Shown here one piece after another: positions 47,250-49,763 of a stretch of DNA of 49,763 nucleotides. Origin of the DNA: an uncultured virus (IMG/VR IMGVR_UViG_3300028588_000812) (Duplodnaviria; Heunggongvirae; Uroviricota; Caudoviricetes); IMG/VR virus record IMGVR_UViG_3300028588_000812; one strand, written 5' to 3'. How positions within the stretch are numbered: position 1 is the stretch's first letter; each line of letters opens with the position of its first letter. A program made the translations under genes and the position numbers. The notes under the pieces are model-generated. The model did not search any database. It was not told the origin of the DNA and worked only from the letters and a program-made list of their open reading frames with translations.

Positions 47250-49763
47250 TTGTTTGAACATTTTTCAGAACAAGCCCGTAGAGTTATAACATCTGCGCAA
47301 GACGAAGCCAAAAAGTATGGAACACAAAATATTGTTCCTGCTCACATTATGGTTAGTATTCTTGTACAAGGGGCACCTACCACCAAAATCATCATGGATC
47401 AGCTAGTAGTTGACACTGAAGAGCTTGAAAAAGAAATCCGTTCTACCTTAGTAAATGAGGCTAAACCTGTAACAGGTCAAATTCTTGTTAGCCCTATCGC
47501 TAAAGAGGTTCTAAAGAACGCAATTCGTACAGCCGTCACATTAAATTCTAAGATTGTTGAAGTTGAACACCTTATTATTTCTATTCTACGTAATGCTGAC
47601 GAAGAACTAGTAAGCATTCTTCAAAAGTTTGGTTTAAACTGGAAAGACATTCAGCGTATTGTCACATCTACACCTGGGGATAACAAGAAAGACCCAGAAG
47701 GTGTTGGTGTCACTTCATCTGGACTAACCGGTACAGGACTAACTCAGCCAAGAGAAGCAAAGAAAGAAGCTTCAATTCTTGACCATTTCGGTAGCAACCT
47801 TACAGAAATGGCAAAAAGCGGGAAACTTGACCCCGTTATTGGTCGTAGCTCAGAAGTTAACCGACTAGTTCAAGTATTAGCTCGTCGCACCAAAAACAAC
47901 CCCGTCCTTGTTGGGGAACCTGGTGTAGGTAAAACAGCTATCGTTGAAGGTCTAGCACAAGCTTTACTTAAAGCAGATGCCCCTAAGCCTCTAATCGGTA
48001 AAGAAATTTACACTCTAGATTTAACTGCTATTGTTGCGGGTTCACGTTACCGTGGTGACTTCGAAGAACGCATGAAGAAAATCATGAAAGAAGTTACTTC
48101 ACGACCTGACGTAATCCTATTCATTGATGAAATTCACACAATGGTTGGTGCTGGTGGTGCAGAGGGTTCAATGGATGCTTCTAACATCATGAAACCTGCT
48201 CTTGCTCGTGGCGAACTACAAACCATTGGTGCAACTACTCTTGCTGAGTACCGCAAATACTTCGAAAAAGATGCTGCACTTGAGCGTCGTTTCCAACCTA
48301 TTAAGGTCAAAGAACCCAGCGTAGAAGAGACTGTACAAATCCTTCAAGGTTTACGTGACCGTTACGAAGATTTCCACAAAGTAACTATTACTGATGAAGC
48401 TATTGAAGTAGCTGCACAACTTTCTGACCGTTATATTCAGGACCGTTTCCTTCCTGACAAAGCAATTGACCTTATTGACGAAGCTGCCGCTCGTGTACGC
48501 TTGTCAACAGGTAGTGCCGCGCCAGAGGTAGCTGAAATTGATGTTAAAATTGAAGCTGCTGTCAAAGCGAAACAAGAAGCAATCTCAAAGCAGAACTACA
48601 CAAAAGCAAGTAAGTTCTCTAATGAAGAAGCTTCACTTCTAGCTCGTCGTGAAGAAGTTCAGAAAGCTTGGAGTGACATGGAAGAAAGCATGGGTTCAAC
48701 AGTAACTGATATTACTATTGCTGATATTCTTTCTGAAAGCACTGGTATTCCTGTTTACAAGATTACTGAAACAGAGTCAAACCGTCTTCTTCGCATGGAG
48801 CGAGAGCTACACAAGCGCGTTATTGGTCAAAAAGATGCTGTTAAAGCTCTTTCACGCACAATTCGTCGCCAACGTACAGGTTTGAAAGACCCTAAGCGCC
48901 CAGTTGGTTCATTCATCTTCGCTGGTCCAACCGGTGTTGGTAAAACTGAACTTGCTAAAGCCTTGGCTGAGTTCTTGTTCACTGACGAACGTTCACTTAT
49001 TACATTAGATATGAGTGAATATTCTGAGAAGCACAGTGTTTCACGTCTATTCGGTCCTCCTCCCGGCTATGTCGGTTATGAAGATGGTGGACAATTGACA
49101 GAAGCTGTTCGTCGTAACCCATTCAGTGTTATTCTTCTAGATGAGATTGAAAAGGCTCACCCTGCTGCATTTGACCCTCTTCTTCAAGTTCTTGAAGAAG
49201 GTCGTCTAACTGATGGTCAAGGTCGTGTTATTGACTTCAAGAACACTGTTATCATTATGACAACTAACCTTGGTGCTAGTGAAATCCGTAATGGTTCATT
49301 AGGTTTCCGTGTTGGTGGAGACAGCAGCACACGTAATGAGTACGATGCAATGCGTAACAAAGTTAACAGTGCATTGAAAGAGAACTTGCGTCCTGAGTTC
49401 CTTAACCGTATTGATGATGTTATTGTCTTCCCTCACCTAGAGAAGCCAGAACTTCTTCAAATTGTTAACATTTTCGTTGGTAACTTGAACGAAAGACTTG
49501 TAGCTAATGGTTACTCACTTGAAATTAGTGAAGCTGCTCGTGAACGACTAACCGAAGTTGGTTACGATAAGACATTAGGTGCACGACCTCTACGTAGAGC
49601 AATCCAAAGAGAAATTGAAACACCAGTTTCAGAAGCTATTCTATTTGGTAAAGCTGCTAAAAATGGTGTGCTTAAAGTTGATATCAAGAATGGACTTTTC
49701 ACATTCAATGGTTCAACCCATGAAGAATTTGAAAATGAACTTGATGATATGGAACTTATCTAA
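47250..49763 (+). CDS. clpC: ClpC-type AAA+ chaperone
   Basis: [12 protein letters not shown]lp-N repeats, [17 protein letters not shown]-like middle domain, [11 protein letters not shown] loop, GARPLRR. Confidence 0.95.
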   Translation: MFEHFSEQARRVITSAQDEAKKYGTQNIVPAHIMVSILVQGAPTTKIIMDQLVVDTEELEKEIRSTLVNEAKPVTGQILVSPIAKEVLKNAIRTAVTLNSKIVEVEHLIISILRNADEELVSILQKFGLNWKDIQRIVTSTPGDNKKDPEGVGVTSSGLTGTGLTQPREAKKEASILDHFGSNLTEMAKSGKLDPVIGRSSEVNRLVQVLARRTKNNPVLVGEPGVGKTAIVEGLAQALLKADAPKPLIGKEIYTLDLTAIVAGSRYRGDFEERMKKIMKEVTSRPDVILFIDEIHTMVGAGGAEGSMDASNIMKPALARGELQTIGATTLAEYRKYFEKDAALERRFQPIKVKEPSVEETVQILQGLRDRYEDFHKVTITDEAIEVAAQLSDRYIQDRFLPDKAIDLIDEAAARVRLSTGSAAPEVAEIDVKIEAAVKAKQEAISKQNYTKASKFSNEEASLLARREEVQKAWSDMEESMGSTVTDITIADILSESTGIPVYKITETESNRLLRMERELHKRVIGQKDAVKALSRTIRRQRTGLKDPKRPVGSFIFAGPTGVGKTELAKALAEFLFTDERSLITLDMSEYSEKHSVSRLFGPPPGYVGYEDGGQLTEAVRRNPFSVILLDEIEKAHPAAFDPLLQVLEEGRLTDGQGRVIDFKNTVIIMTTNLGASEIRNGSLGFRVGGDSSTRNEYDAMRNKVNSALKENLRPEFLNRIDDVIVFPHLEKPELLQIVNIFVGNLNERLVANGYSLEISEAARERLTEVGYDKTLGARPLRRAIQREIETPVSEAILFGKAAKNGVLKVDIKNGLFTFNGSTHEEFENELDDMELI

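Noticed and set aside
1..49763. CRISPR array, tRNA or rRNA genes
   Set aside because: No regularly spaced repeat-spacer units and no cloverleaf or rRNA-like tracts seen; intergenic spaces are short. Manual reading could miss atypical RNAs.
1..49763. Alternative genetic code
   Set aside because: Conserved genes are full length under code 11, and TAA, TAG and TGA all end plausible genes

Overview
AT-rich (roughly 35-40% GC by eye), gene-dense window using the standard genetic code. The recognisable proteins have actinobacterial character: DnaE, DnaG, ParE/ParC-type topoisomerase, ClpP1/ClpP2/ClpC, DivIVA-like, LemA/HtpX, PncB, Pth2-like and a fatty acid desaturase. They sit outside their usual chromosomal operons, mixed with phage/mobile-type genes (dNMP kinase, MazG-like pyrophosphatase, HAD phosphatase, two NERD nucleases, zinc-ribbon endonuclease) and many orphan membrane or secreted proteins. 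The best reading is part of a jumbo phage or giant extrachromosomal element of an actinobacterial host. This is inference, as no capsid, terminase or conjugation genes are visible here. Main unexplained signals: (1) three otherwise unrelated proteins share an N-terminal M-C-x(4-6)-G-x-R-C tag; (2) a CCGATA motif resembling the sigma-28 -10 element lies upstream of 13 genes, including all three tagged ones, alongside a separate sigma-A/leaderless promoter class; (3) a 20-bp hairpin buries an RBS and ATG with CCGATA in its loop; (4) a free-standing, catalytically eroded Hint/intein domain; (5) a pseudo-protease ClpP2; (6) an unannotated IS607-like HTH gene coupled to the zinc-ribbon nuclease; (7) a giant type IV pilin-adhesin fusion. 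No tRNA, rRNA or CRISPR array was seen. Family assignments come from motif recognition only; no searches were run.
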